Of a DNA stretch of 64,000 nt, positions 24,742 through 38,505 are shown piece by piece. The position numbers and the translations under genes were made by a program. This stretch comes from Camelus ferus (lineage: Eukaryota), in NCBI RefSeq assembly GCF_009834535.1, contig NC_045697.1, positions 20,958,001 through 21,022,000 on the forward strand. The letters are read 5' to 3'. Each line of letters begins with the position of its first letter. Within the stretch, counting starts at the first letter, position 1. Under the pieces are notes generated by a model. The model saw only the letters and a program-made list of their open reading frames with translations, was not told the origin of the DNA and made no database searches.

Positions 24742-25129
24742 TCTAGAATAAGGAAACTACTTTTATAGTAGCATACTTTTGTAATTTAATATATAGGATA
24801 TCCTCTTCCCTATATCAAATAAACAGAAAACAAATTATTAATTGGTTACTTTCAGCAAGATGAGTATTAGAAAGTTTGGGGAATATATAGTATGAAGTTA
24901 GAGAAGCTTGATGATTTATTATTGCCCCAAAATAAGGTCAGATATACATGTGCATATGGGACATTTCTACACTTATCTTCCAATGATGCTAGAAGATATT
25001 GACAAATCATGTTATTTGAATCTCACATTGATGTCTTTGTTATCATTCTTTCTTCATATATCTTATTTTGTATTGCTAGCTTTTATACTATAGTGTGATA
25101 GGAATCATATGACCATGTTTTGAAGTAGT

Positions 25130-25256
25130 AGACTACATGCACTATGATGCTGATTTAGTAATTCTGAGGGAGTTCTCAGGGGTCTTTTTTTAGCAGCATC
25201 TCAGGCGATTATGATTATGTAGGCTTTAGAGCTACATTGGGAAAATTGTGCTCTAT
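25130..25256. mobile_element. MER5-like fragment
   Basis: 'gatgctgatttagtaattctgagggg...ttttagcagcatctcaggcgattatgat...cattgggaaaattgtgctcta'. Confidence 0.5.
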
Positions 25257-25814
25257 AATTTTTAAACAAAATTATGTTATAGATCCCTGACACTAAAACC
25301 TGCTCACTTGATTAGACTTCTAAAATGGCTTATTTTATCCTTTTTGTTCTCTATCCCACGACAGTGATTTTTCTATCTTTGAATTTTTTTGGACATGGAA
25401 AATGTAAAAAAATGTGGGATAAAAGGTGGTACTACGATGAGAATAGAAATATAAGGTGCAAATAACTGCCACCTAATATCACAATTTTAACACCAAATAA
25501 ACAAGAAGAAAATCAAATCAAAGCACAGAATATTATTTTACAATTAAAAGATTTAACATTATAATCTTTAATTTTTTATCTCATATAGGCCAGTAAAATT
25601 TTATCATAATCAACTACAGTCACTAATGAACATTGAAATCACTGCCTTTAAAATGAAGTTTATCATACCTAGTTTGATTTTAATCACACAAGCTAATTTT
25701 ATTTCCAATTTTCTGAATATTTTGCTCTTATTTTCCATTATGCTATTTACTGACACTTTCTAAATTCAGTAATCTGTGTTTTCCCTGTTTTATTTGAGCA
25801 TGACGCTGCTGGTT

Positions 25815-26640
25815 AAGGCACTCTAATGCATCATTGATGGGAGTAGGTGTGAATTAGTCCAATTTTTGAATACTCTCAAAAAGGGTAATTTGGAAACATC
25901 TGTATTTTTAAATATACAAACTTGATCCAACATTTCACTGCTAGAAATTTGCTCTACAGATATATTTTCAAATGTAAGCATATATATGTATGTATGTAAG
26001 AATATATATATATATTATATATATTCAAGAATATTCCCTACAACAGTTTGTAACAGTAAAAAGCTGATAACACTCCACATGTCTATTAACATGTAACTGG
26101 TTTTATAAATCATGTTACGTATATACAATAGAGTAATACCCAGCTGATAAATCAATTTGTGTTGCTATCACCTTGGTCTTGGTTTCCAAATACAATTCTC
26201 CAAAACAAACAAACAAAACAGCACTCTAAGGTTGTCCCATAGAAAGTGCAATGTAATTGTGGAACATCGACTGGAACATCGTGTTGAACTAGACTGTAAG
26301 AAAGTGCTCAAATAATCATGGGGACATAGCCAAGGACATGGGAGCCAGCTTGAATTGGCTTTCACTGGCCATCTGGGACAATTTGAATACCAAAAATAAG
26401 AATATTAGCATTGTATTATAACTCATTGAATAAAATAAGAGGATAAGACTTTATACAAATATAAATAAATATAGAAGAAATAATAGAATGCTCTTTAAAA
26501 AACCAACAAATCACAGAACTGATAATGAGTGTGACATGGCAAGCCTTCATAAAGTGGAGGATGTACAGAGGGGAAAGTTGTCTATGAAGTTTGATACGGG
26601 AGGTTATAAAAATGTACTCATTATTAGTTTACAATTTTTT
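25815..26640 (+). mobile_element. Old L1 fragments (L1ME ORF2 end; L1MC/MD-type 3' UTR)
   Basis: 'cttgatccaacatttcactgctagaaatttgctctacaga', 'cacatgtctattaacatgtaactggttttataaatcatg', 'ggacatgggagccagcttgaa..ggctttcactggccatctgggacaatttga'. Confidence 0.6.
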
Positions 26641-29602
26641 GACCTGAAATCATATTTCATCCATCTGAATGATATGATCTTGATTTATTGAAAGTCTTAT
26701 TATCTTTATTTCTATCAACATTTTAGCTCTCCATGTACATTTTCAAGTGCCCTCTGAAGTCTCACAGATCTTTCAAATCAAATATGGACCACATTGCCCT
26801 CATCATATTCCCTGTCTTGAACTCTCCAGACTATCACTGGGGAATCTGTCAGTAAAGCAAAATTTAACTCGAACTTTTTGTAGTAAGGGAGAAAGTGATC
26901 TTGACAGAGTCTTAGATCAGGAGCTAACTGAGATTGTGGAAAATCTGAAGAAAACCTTGATATGAAAACTTTTATTTAGTACATGGGATGTTCGCTCTGG
27001 TGAACAGTCTCTGAATTTTTTAATAAGTATTTCTGCCAACAATTGGTGGAAAAACAATTGGTGGGAATTCCTACAGATCCCTAGTTCTGTACTGCTTTCT
27101 TTTATTTCTTTGTTGTAAATATGGGAAAAGTTGTTAGAACATGACCCTTCAACTAGAACAAATTAGAAATCTGATATTTAGATAATGTGATCACTTTTTT
27201 AAAGCTATAAAAGTTCACATTACATATTTGACAAAGCCTAAGATTATAGAATTGGATTTGAACACTAAAACAGCTGAATCAAACATAGCCTGAATGAAGA
27301 GACTTGGATGAATTCTACCCAGAACAGTGAAAGCATAACTTACGTATACTTATAAATGACCATATGATATCCTGTCCATATTATAAGTGTTTATAGCCTT
27401 ATTGATATTTTTGTTGTTCTCAAAGGATAAAAAGATCCATATGGAACAATAATATATACAAAGGTATCTTTGGCCAAATTCTGACTTAACCTCAGGTATA
27501 GTTGGATTGCTGTGGATACTTTTACTCCCAATCATAATAGTTGATGTATGTGTCATATGTATGTAAATTTCTACTAATGAAGTCACAGTTATCAATGTGT
27601 TCCAAACACTGTTAAATTCCAACGTTTCTATTCTAAAGAAGCCATTTTTATAAATATAATTGTATTTCCCTATGAAAATGAGAACTTTGATTATACCTAG
27701 ATATAATTAATACCCACATTTTAAGAATATTAAAAGAGAAGAAAGCCTTCTTTATTAACTCGTTTATGAATTCATTTATTTCTTCATATGTTTCTAACTC
27801 TTGTTCTCTTCAAACCCCTCCAACGGTACTGACTGTCAAATATCTTCAACTTTCAAACCTCAAGTCAAACTCTCTCTGATGAGTCATTTCTTCATCATTC
27901 CATATCTAAATATATCTTCTTACTCTTCCGTACATGTATTAAGTCTAATGCAGAGTGCCTCATAACATTATAATTACTGTTTTCTATGTGCACAAACTTT
28001 GTAGATGGGGACTACGTAATTTCATCTTTACATCTCCATAGACCTGCACAACAGAAACCACTACAGAAATAAAGCAAACTTATGCTTAAATGAAGTAGCA
28101 TGATGATTCAATTTAATTTTGTGCAAAGTAGACTAAAAACTCTTTATAAAAACAAATTAATTATCCTCACTTGTTTAGAAACTTGGACAAGGTACATCAC
28201 AGGATAAGGTGCAAAGAAAATTTCAGGGGGGAGGAACATATCTAGCATTTTCACAAACATCTAAAAAACAAAGCCATCTGGTATAAAGAAAAATTCCAGC
28301 CAAAAAGTGGCAAAAAAAATTGGTTTGACAACTTTAACATAAAAGCTACTTACTCCCAGTGCCAATTTCTCATGTCTTGCCGGTTCAAAATCACATCTCT
28401 CTGAGAGTGGCATTTAGTCTCATTGGAATCTGATAAACAAAACAGACCATTTTATTACATCAGAGATTATTGTGAATATATTAATTCAAGACGCCAAACT
28501 ATAATACAGAACAATCCATAGTAAAACTTGCCAAATGGATATGAGTGATACAAGCTAACAACTAGGAAAGAGTATCTATCAACCAGTAAAATCTGTGACT
28601 CAGTCAGAGTGCAAATAGCACCAGCTGACACTAGGAATTAATCAGCATCCAGTGTCTTAATAAGAGTGTTGCCATTATTTCCTATGAAATATGTTTTATT
28701 CTTTTGCCATGATGACTTAGAGGAATCTGAAAAGAAGCTTTCCCAAAACAGGAAATCAGTATGTGTGGTCTGCACTATTTAGCCGTTATTCTACCTAAGA
28801 ACATAACCCTCATGTAGCTGGAAATCGAAAATGACTGAACCATTCTGTATTATTTCATAGAAGTCACTTGATATATTTTTAGTAATAACACTGTGATATA
28901 AATCATTGATAGTGATAGTTCTTCAACGAAAAATCTGTGACCTTATTTTTGCCTTTTTTCTTTATTCTCATGATGAATGAAGGTTAAAATAGAAAAGAAA
29001 GCAATTATTTCTTGTTTTAAAAGGAAAAGACTATTCTATGACTTCCACATCCTTGACACATAAAATAATAGCAATCTAGGAATAGTAAAGAAAATGTAGA
29101 CAAGAATGCTCAGGGCTACATAGAGGCAGATTTCAAGAGAATGGCAATATTAACCTTTCAGATGTATAAATTGTCCCACTCATCTGTAAAGGAGCCACTA
29201 TTCTCTGGTCTGCATTAAGCAGCTAGAAATAATGGTTCTTAGAAAAGAAAAAAATAATAAATCAAACTATAGTTCTTTTTTTAGGGCATTTGTTATTCAT
29301 TGACCTCTGGTTAGTCAAAAAACTGCAGGTTCTCGTTCACGTATACTTAAAATTTTATTCATAATTATGAAAGTTCTCACACTTTACAGTCATTTGTATG
29401 CCCTAGAATATTTTCATATAATTTATTTGAAGCTATCAAGGTGGAAGTGAATAAGAATTTCTTTTACTATTGAACTAAGATATAATTTATTTCATTGAGT
29501 TAAGATACAGAATAATTCTGCTGTCTGGGTTAATTCAGTATCAAAAGTTTAAGGGCAACATTTGTTATTTTCTTACTTTAGCCCAGTAACATTTCATCAT
29601 TT

Positions 29603-29905
29603 GAAAATATAAATACAACAAACTAGTAAATAAAACAAAAAAGAAGCAGACTCACAGATACAGAGAACAAACTAGTGGTTACCAGTTGGGAGAGGGAAAT
29701 GATTGGGGGGCAACACAGGGTTAGGGGACTAAGAGACACAAATTATTATGTATAAAATATGCTATAAGGATATATTGTACAATATGGAATATAGCCAATA
29801 TTTTATAATATCTATAAATGCAGTATAGTGGATTCACTTTAAGATTATGTATATTGTACACTTGTAACATATAATATTGTACATCAACTATACTTCTGTA
29901 AAATA
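29603..29905 (+). mobile_element. Laurasiatherian-type L1 3' end (5'-truncated)
   Basis: 'aagaagcagactcacagatacagagaacaaactagtggttaccagttgggagaggg...ctataaggatatattgtacaatatggaatatagccaatattttataata...ttgtacatcaactatacttc'. Confidence 0.85.
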
Positions 29906-31289
29906 ATGAATATATATTATCTCAATGTAAATGTGAAGATATACTTATCCAGTGTTCCTAGGCCCAGGCACTGTGTCAAATAGGTGCATTCTTACTTTTT
30001 CTTCCACCAAATCTTTAAGGTCAGTATCATAACCATATGAGGGGACCAAAGCTTAAAAAAGTTAAATCACTTGTCTAAGACCACCTTGACACTTAATAAA
30101 CACCATATACTGGCTGTCCACATTAAAGTGTCAACTCACTGAGAATTTGTTTCAAACTGAGTTCTAGTGGCAAGAAAATGTAAATTATATAGAAGTGAGG
30201 TGAACATAAATGTGACCCTCATGAGCAGCCTTCTACGTAAGCAAATAGATTTATAGAATTAATTATTAATCTACTCAAAATGTATTATAGAATGTCAGTT
30301 GCTAACATGAGCTATAATTGTACAAATATAAATGTTAAGATTCTTCATGTTTAGTATTAATAAAATGTTCAATATATTGTCTTAATTCTAAAATTCTATT
30401 TCCTTGATTGATTTTTCTCCTTTACTAGAGAACCTATTAAGTTCACAAAATTTAAGAAAATAAGCTCTGATGCAATAAAGTAAATCCTTGAAATTAAAAT
30501 ATTGGATTATTTCTAGGACTGGAAGCAGTTGTTTTTATTTACTTTTGGTAAGGTTTTTAGAAAAAGTTCCTAAGGAACCTCAGAAGGAGATGATAACCTT
30601 TAGCTTTGGCTTTGAACCTCTTACCAGACAGAGATGTAATTAAATGGCAAATGCAAATATAAGAAGTTATTTTCATTGCCTGGGCATTGCTGAGTCAGTG
30701 ACATTCACATACAACATTATAATATTCCCGTCTTTACAGAATATCCAAAAGCAAGACTAGAAGCTCCAAAAATTAAAAACTTCATGAAATTTTTATTTCT
30801 CTCTAATATCTCAATAGCCATTTGAGCTATTGTCATTTGCCTCTAATAAGATACTTATAATAGCATATCTGCCACTGGGGGGGTATTAATGAACTCATTA
30901 TATAAAAATGCCAATAAAATTTAATTATAATGCTCAGTACTCATATTATTCCTAAGAAAGAATAACTGTAATTACCACATGTAAATATATATGCAACTAC
31001 TTTACAAAAGTGAATTCTATGGTGGACAAAAAAATAATAATATTTAGAATTCTTTCCTGAACTCCTTTTCAATTATTAGGTTAAAAAAAAAAAAGCCAAA
31101 ATTGTGAGTCATTTCTTGATAGTTGTATGCATTAAACTCTCATAGTATATCTCTGCCTTTGAAGTTTATACTTGAAACTTATGCTTTAGTCCTTGTAGGC
31201 TTAAGATCAGTTTTCTTGTATTCTGGGCTACATACAGTAGAATGAACCTCAATATTCTTCATGGCTTTCTCTGAGTATCCTAGAAGGAG

Positions 31290-31620
31290 TGAAAAGTTGT
31301 TTAGCTTTGGAGTCATTGAGATCTAGCTTTAAAGCTCAGCTCCTTTAATTACTAACTCTGCACTCTAGGACAAGGTAATTAACCTTCTGAGGTTTAATAC
31401 AGTAGGCAAGAGAGAGATTGGTAACTATTGTGTACCCAGCTATATATCCTTAAGATAGATGACACAAGCAAGGGCTCATCTATTTGTTGAATGTATCTGC
31501 AAACAAAGAAACTCCTCACACCTGCTTGGAGACGTATCGTGAGGATTATCAAAAAACAAGTGTGAGAAATAAAGTAGCATAATTCATGGCAATTGGAAGC
31601 TATCGCTAGGTCTTAGTTTC
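31290..31620 (+). mobile_element. MIR (split)
   Basis: 'gctttggagtca..gatctagctttaaagctcagctcctttaattactaactctgcactctaggacaaggtaattaaccttctgag' and 'gtatcgtgaggattatc'. Confidence 0.6.
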
Positions 31621-32160
31621 TCTTTCTGTGCTTCTTCCTTCTGTCATGAATACTTGAGACACTTAGATTGCCTGCCCTTATATGTGTCTCTAATATTCAT
31701 CGACATGAGTTATTTATATTTTTGGCTTTTTGGTTATTTCTTTTTAATTTAAATGATTGGGTCCCTGGAGGAATGATTCACAAGGTTGTATAAAATTATA
31801 CTTTTTCAAAAGAGGTAGAGAAAGCTAAAACAGGTATACAACATTTATATTTGGATGCTCTTTAATGGCAAATCTAGACACGGTCGATAATATTAATTAA
31901 ATGTTTAAATCTTTTAGGTTGTGTAAAATATTAGTAGTATAACTTTTTCATGTCTAACCATTCACTATTTCCCTTTCTCATCAGTTACATGTAGAATACT
32001 TCTGGTTGCAAATGTCATAAATTACTTTCAAATCAGTTTTTAAGAATAATGGAAAGTAATATATTAAAAATGAAAACTTAATTACTACTTGGGTAAGTCA
32101 GACAATGTGATCAGGGGTGAGATTTAGCTATATGTTTCTTAGCTCAAATGTTTTGTTTCA

Positions 32161-34113
32161 TTATTTTTTTTTATTGAAGTATAGTTAATTTACAGTGTTC
32201 TGTTAGTTTTAGTTGAACAACATAGGGATTCAATATTTTTATAATTTATAATACATTTAAAGTTATTATAAAATATTGGTTATAGTCCTTGTGCTGCACA
32301 TTACATCCTTGTATCTTTTTTGTTTTATGCCTAGTAGTTTGTAACTCTTAATCCTCTTCCCATGTCTTGCCCCTCACTCTTCCCCTTTACCAACCGGTAA
32401 CCATTAGTTTGTTCTCTGTATCTAGGAGTCCGTTTCTGTTTATTATATTCATTCATTTGTTTTATTTTTCAGATTCCACATATAAGGGAAAACATACAGT
32501 ATTTTTCTCTGTCTTACTTATTTCACTAAGCATAATACCCTCCAAATCCATCCATGTTGTAGCAAATGGCAAAATTTCATTCTTTTAAGGCTGAATAATA
32601 TTCCATTTTGTGTATGTATATGGCATATGTCATATCTTATTTATTTATTCATCTGTTGATGGACACTTAGGTTGCTTCCATATCTTGCCTATTGTAAATA
32701 ATGCTGCTATGAACATCAGGGTGCCCACACCTTTTCCAATTAGTGTTTTTGTTTTCTTTAGATAAATATCCAGGAGTAGAATTGCTGGATCCTATGGCAA
32801 TGCAGTTTTTAATTTTTGAGGAAACATTCAGTTTTCCACAATGGCTGAACCAGATTACACTCCCACCAACAGTGAACTAGGGTTCCCTTTTCTCCACATC
32901 CTTGCCATCATTTATTATTTGTTGTCTTGGTGATGATAGTCATTCTGGCAGGCATGAAGTGATATTTCATTGTGGGTTTGATGTGAAATTCCCTGATAAT
33001 TAGTGATGTTGAGCAACTTTTTATGTGACTTTTGGGCATCTGTATGTCTTCTGTGGAAAAATGTCTATTAAGATTCTTCTGCTCATTTTTTAATCAGTTT
33101 GTTTGCTTTTTTTAGATATTTGCTTGTATGAGCTCTTTATATATTTTGGATACTAATCCCTTATCAGACATATTATTTGGAAATACTTTCTCCCATTCAA
33201 TAGGTTGTCTTTTCTTTTCATTTTGTTGATTGTTTCCTTTGATGTACAAAAACTTTTAAGCTTAATTACTTTCTGTTTGTTTGTACTTGCTTTTGTTTTA
33301 TTTGCCTGTGGAGACAGAGCCAAAAAAATTATTGCTAAGACTTATGTCAAAGAGTGTTCTGCTTATATTCTCTGTTAAGGGATTTATGGTATCTAGTTCT
33401 TACATTTAGGTCTTTAATCTATTTTGAGTTACTTTTTTGTGCATGGTGTAAATAAATGTCCTAATTTCATTCTTTCATGTGTAGCTGTTCAGTATTCCCA
33501 CCACCACTTATTGAAGAGTTTTTCTTTTCCTCAATGTATGTAATTGTGTTCTTTGTTTTAGATTAATTGACCATAGGTGTGTGGGTTTATTTTGGGGCTG
33601 TGTATTTAGTTCCATTGATCTATGTATCTTTTCCTGTGAGGGTACCATACTGTTTTAATTACTGTATCTTTGTAGTATAGTCTAAAGTAAAGGAAGAATG
33701 ATACCTCCATCTTTGTTCTTTTTTCACAAGAATTCTTGGATATTCAGGACTTTTGTAGTTCCATACAAATTTTAGGATTATTTAGTCTAGTTCTGTGAAA
33801 ACTGTGGGCATTTTGATAGGGATTGCAATAGATACATGTAATGCTTTGGACAGTATGGGCATTTTAACAATATTAATTCCTCCAATCTATGAGTATGGGA
33901 TATCTCTCCATTTATTTTATAACTTTCAATTTCCTTTATCAATGTCTTATAGTCTTCAGAGTATAGGTCTTACACTTCCTTGGTTAAATTTATTCCTAGC
34001 TATTCTTTCTGATGCAACTGTAAGTGGGATTGTTTTCTTGCTTTCACTTTCTCATAGTTAATTATTAGTGTATGCTTTAATTATTTATTAGTTCTGGTAT
34101 TCTTCTGGTGGAG

Positions 34114-34171
<58 letters not shown>

Positions 34172-37100
34172 ACACACACACTATCATGTCATCTGCAAAT
34201 ACTGACAGTTTTACTCTTCCCCCTTCTAATCTGGGTGCCTTTCATTTCTTTTTCTTGTACAATTGCTGTGGCTAGAATTTCCAAAGCTGTGTTAATTGGA
34301 ATAATGATGAGAGTGGGCATCCTTGCCTCTTTCCTGATTTAGAGGAAATGCTTTAAATTTATCACCGATAAGTGTGATGGTAGCTGTGTGTTTGTCATAA
34401 GTGGCCTTTATTATGTTGAGACATGTTCCCTCTATAACAATTTTGATGAGTTTTTATCATGAATAGATGTTGAATTTTGACAAATGCTTCTTCAGCATCT
34501 ACTGAAATGATCATGTGATTTTTTTTTGGCCTTCCTTTTGTTAACATGGTGTAACATATTAATTTATTTGTGTATATTGAACCATCCTTGCATCCCTGGA
34601 ATACAGCCCACTTGATCATGGTGTACAATCATTTATATATATTGTTGAATTTAGTTTGTTAATATTTTGTTGAAGATTTTTGCTTCTATATTCATCAAGG
34701 ATATTAGCCTGTGATTTTCTTTTTCTTTTTTTCAGTGTCTTTGTCTAGTTTTGGTATCAGGATAATGATAGCCTCATAGAAAGAATTTGGAAGTGTTTCC
34801 CCCTCTTCACTGCTTTGGAATATTTTGAGAATAGGGGTAACCCCATCTTTACATGATTGATATAATTCCCCTGTGAAGCTGTCTAGTCCTCAGTTTTTCT
34901 TTGTCAGGAGTTTTTTGACTACTGATTCAATTTCAATACAAGTAATTGGTCTCTTCAGATATCTATTTATTCCTGATTCAGTCTTGGAAAATTGTTATGT
35001 TTCCAGAAATTTATTTTTTTCTAAGTTGTCCAACTTCTTTATTTAACTCTTCATAGTATTCTTGTATGATTGCTTGTATTTCTGTGATACTGGTTGTAAT
35101 TTATCTTCTTTCATTTCTAATTTTATTTATTTGGATACTCTTTTTCTTCATAAGTGTGATTAAAGGCTTATCAATTTTGTTAATGATTTCAAAAATCCAG
35201 CCCTTAGATCTATTGATTGTTTCAATTTTTTTGATCTCATTTTATTTACTTTCTCTCTGATCTTTATTATTTCTTTCTTTATGTTGATATTGGGCTTTGC
35301 TTATTCTTCTTTTTCTAATTCCTTTAGGTGAGAGGCTAAGTTGCTTATTTTAGCTTTTTTCTTGTTTCTTAGGTATGCTTGTATCACTATAAACTTTCCT
35401 CTTAAAACTGTTTTTGCTGTGTCCCATAGATTTTGGAAAGTTGTGTTTTTATTTTCATTTGTCTCAAGATATTTTCTGATTTCCTTTTTAATTTCTTTGT
35501 CTACCTATTTTTTTATTAGCATGTTGTTCACTCTCCATAAGTTTTTGTTTTTCCCATTTTCTTCCTGTATTTGATTTCTAGTTTCATACCACTGTAGTCA
35601 GAAGAAATGCTTAATATAAATTCTATACTCAAATTTGTTCAGACCCTTTTGTGGTCAGTATGTGATTTACCCTAGAGAATATTCCATGTGCACTTAAAAA
35701 TAATTTATATTGTGCTTTTTGGGGATGGAATATACTTTACATATCTATTAATTCCAATTGGTCTAATGTGTCATTTAAGACCACTGTTTCTTATTGATTT
35801 TCTGTCTGGATGATCTGTCTATTGATGTAAGTCGTAAAGTCTCCTATAATTATTATGTATTATTTTAAACTTGTCTCATTATGCCTATTATTTGCTTTAT
35901 ATATTTAGGTGCTCCTATATTAGGTGCATTTATGTTTACAAGCATTACATCCTCTTCTTGCACTGATCTCTTTATCATTATGTATTGCATTTCTTTATCT
36001 TCTTTATAGACTTTGTTTTAAAATCTATTTTGTCTAATATGAGTATTGCTCCCTCAGTTTTCTATTTATTTCTATTTGCATAGAATGTATTTTCCATACT
36101 CTCAGTCTGTGTGTCTTTAGCTCCGAAGTGGATCTCTCATAGTCAGCATATAGGTAATTTGTTTGTTTGTTTTTGTTTTGTTTTTATCCGACCTGCCACC
36201 CTGAGTTTTAATTGGAGCATTTAGTCCAGTGACATAGAAAGTGACTATTTATAGGTACATACTAATGGCCATTTTGTTGCTTGTTTTCTGGTTGTTTTTG
36301 TAGTTTTTGGTTCTTTTTTTCTTCTTTTAATCTTTTGCCTGTTGTGTTATGGTTTTATTTAATGTTATGTTTGGATCCCTTTCTTTCTAGTTTTTATATA
36401 TCTATTGCAGGTTTTTTGATTTATGGTTACCATGGAGTTTATATATGTTGACCTATAACTCCAGCTATTCGTTTTAAACTGACAGTCATTTCAGTTCAAA
36501 CAGACTCTAAAACCATTACATTTTTTAGTTGTCCCTGCACATTTTGTGTTTTTGATATTATATTTTTACATCTTCATGTCTGTTTTTACAATTTTTGTCT
36601 TTTAACACTTGTACTAGCTTAGGTAGTTGATCCACTGTCTTTACTACATATTTGCCTTTACCAGTGGAATTTTTCCCTTCTTATAATTTCTTATTTCTTG
36701 TTATAACTGTCTTTTTTTTTCACTTAGAAAAGATATTTAAACACTTTTGTAAGGTCAGATTAGTATAATGAACTCTTTTAGGGCTTGCTTGTTTGAGAAG
36801 CTCTTTATCTCTCCTTCAGTTCTGAAATATGCCTTAGTTTGGTTCTTTTTAGGTTGATCTTGCTTGGTCCACTCTGTGCTTCTTCTATATGGATATTTCT
36901 TTCTTTCTTCAGGTTTGGAAGTTTTCAGTCATTGCATCAAACACATTTTTTCTCCTCTCCTTCTGGGATCCCTATAATGTGAATATTAGTACACCTGATG
37001 TTGTTTCAGAGGTCCCTTACACTGTTCTTATTTTTTATTTGTTTTTCTTTTTGCAATTCTGATTGGGTGATTTGTATTATTGTATCTTCCGTATTACTTG

Positions 37101-38505
37101 TGCATTCTTCTCTGTCACCTAATGTTCTATTAGAGGGAATCTAGTGTATTTTTCATTTCATATATTGTATTCTTCAGCTGTGACCTGTTCTTTTTGATAA
37201 TTTCTAGTTCTTTGTTGATATTTTCACTGTGTTCATCTATTATTTCCACAGTTCATGTGGCATTCTAATTACTAAAGCTTCTTAACTCTTTATCATGTAA
37301 ATAATTTATTTCTCATTAGGGCTTTTTTCAGGATTTTATCTTTCTTTTTAAATGTATTTCTCTGTCTTCTCATTTTGTTTAATTTTCTCTGTCTCTATGA
37401 AATTATTTGATACAATTACTTATCCCATTCCTGAAGTTATGCCCTTGTGTGGGAGTGTCCCTATGAAGTCTGTGTGTGCCATGTGGTTTTGGTGGGAGAG
37501 CTGGGTCTAACGTGTGTGGGATAAGTCTTCCCCTGGAGTGTACTGGTGCCACCACCTAGATGGGAGGTAGGGCTGGAAGTGGATATGCTAGGGCTTCTCT
37601 TTGGTGTGATAGCAGTCTTTGCCTCGGAATGTGGCTGGGGCCTGAGGGCTTGGGGCTGCAACTCTGTGGAGGTTTCACTTTTTCTCTGGTGTGCATATTT
37701 TGGTGAGAGTCTAGATTGGGGCCAGAGAGGTTGGTGTCAAATCACTAAGCTGACCCTGCTCCTTCCCAAGTGTGTACAAGGACATGTGCTCCAATATCTT
37801 CTCTGGAGATAGGTTTGCTCCCTCCAGAATGTGTGCAGTGAAATGTGAGCAGGCAATGGCTAACTCTGCCCTGATCAGTTATGGACAGGGCCCATGCCAG
37901 CTTTGTTCTCTTGAAGTATACACACTCTCATTGGTAACTGCAGCCTTCACCTTAATGGTGAGCAGCACCAAAACAAGAGGGACTAAAGTAGGAGCCTGGT
38001 GCAGCCTGGGGGGTGGTACACTTTGGTGGTCCTGACAAGGTGACCAAAACTCCAGACAGTTATTTACTTGCTGCCTCCGTGCTGTGAACAGTTGTAAGCA
38101 ATCTGTGCATGCGCTCTTTAAGAACAGAGTCAGTTTCTCACAGTCCTCCCATAAGCCCCACAGGTTTTCAAACAAGTTAAGGTGCTCATCTTCTTGGTGT
38201 TAGTTCCCAGGGCTGGGGTACCTAGCATGTGACTTGAGATTCTCACTCCTCAGAAAGAATTCTCCAACCTGTGACATCCCCCTCTGCTTCTGTGTCCTAC
38301 TGTAGGGTTGTAGGTCCCAATCAGATTGCTTCTCCTCCTTTCCTACTGGATGTTATGTAGATCATTCCCTATAGCTTTGGTTGCAAAAGAGCTGTTCTGC
38401 TATTTCCCAGGTTGATTTCAGCAAAAGGAGTTCTACATTTAGTTGTAGTTTTGATGTGTTCATGAGGGGAGGTGGGCCCAGTGTCCTCCTACTTGGCCAA
38501 CTTAA
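32161..38505 (-). mobile_element. Near full-length (~6.35 kb) degenerate L1: 3' UTR, ORF2, ORF1 and 5' UTR
   Basis: Starts with poly-T and 'ttattgaagtatagttaatttacagtg'; ORF 34395-34628 contains the RT motif KNHMIISVDAEEAFVKIQHLFMIK; GC-richer 5' UTR at ~37440-38505 ending (minus strand) 'aagttggccaagtaggaggacactggg'; ORFs broken by many stops. Confidence 0.93.
34122..34181. repeat. (CA)n microsatellite, about 29 units with one interruption, inside L1 ORF2
   Basis: Visible directly. Confidence 0.95.

Noticed and set aside
32161..38505. Retrotransposition-competent L1
   Set aside because: ORF1 and ORF2 are fragmented into short ORFs, with a microsatellite in ORF2 and a CpG-decayed 5' UTR
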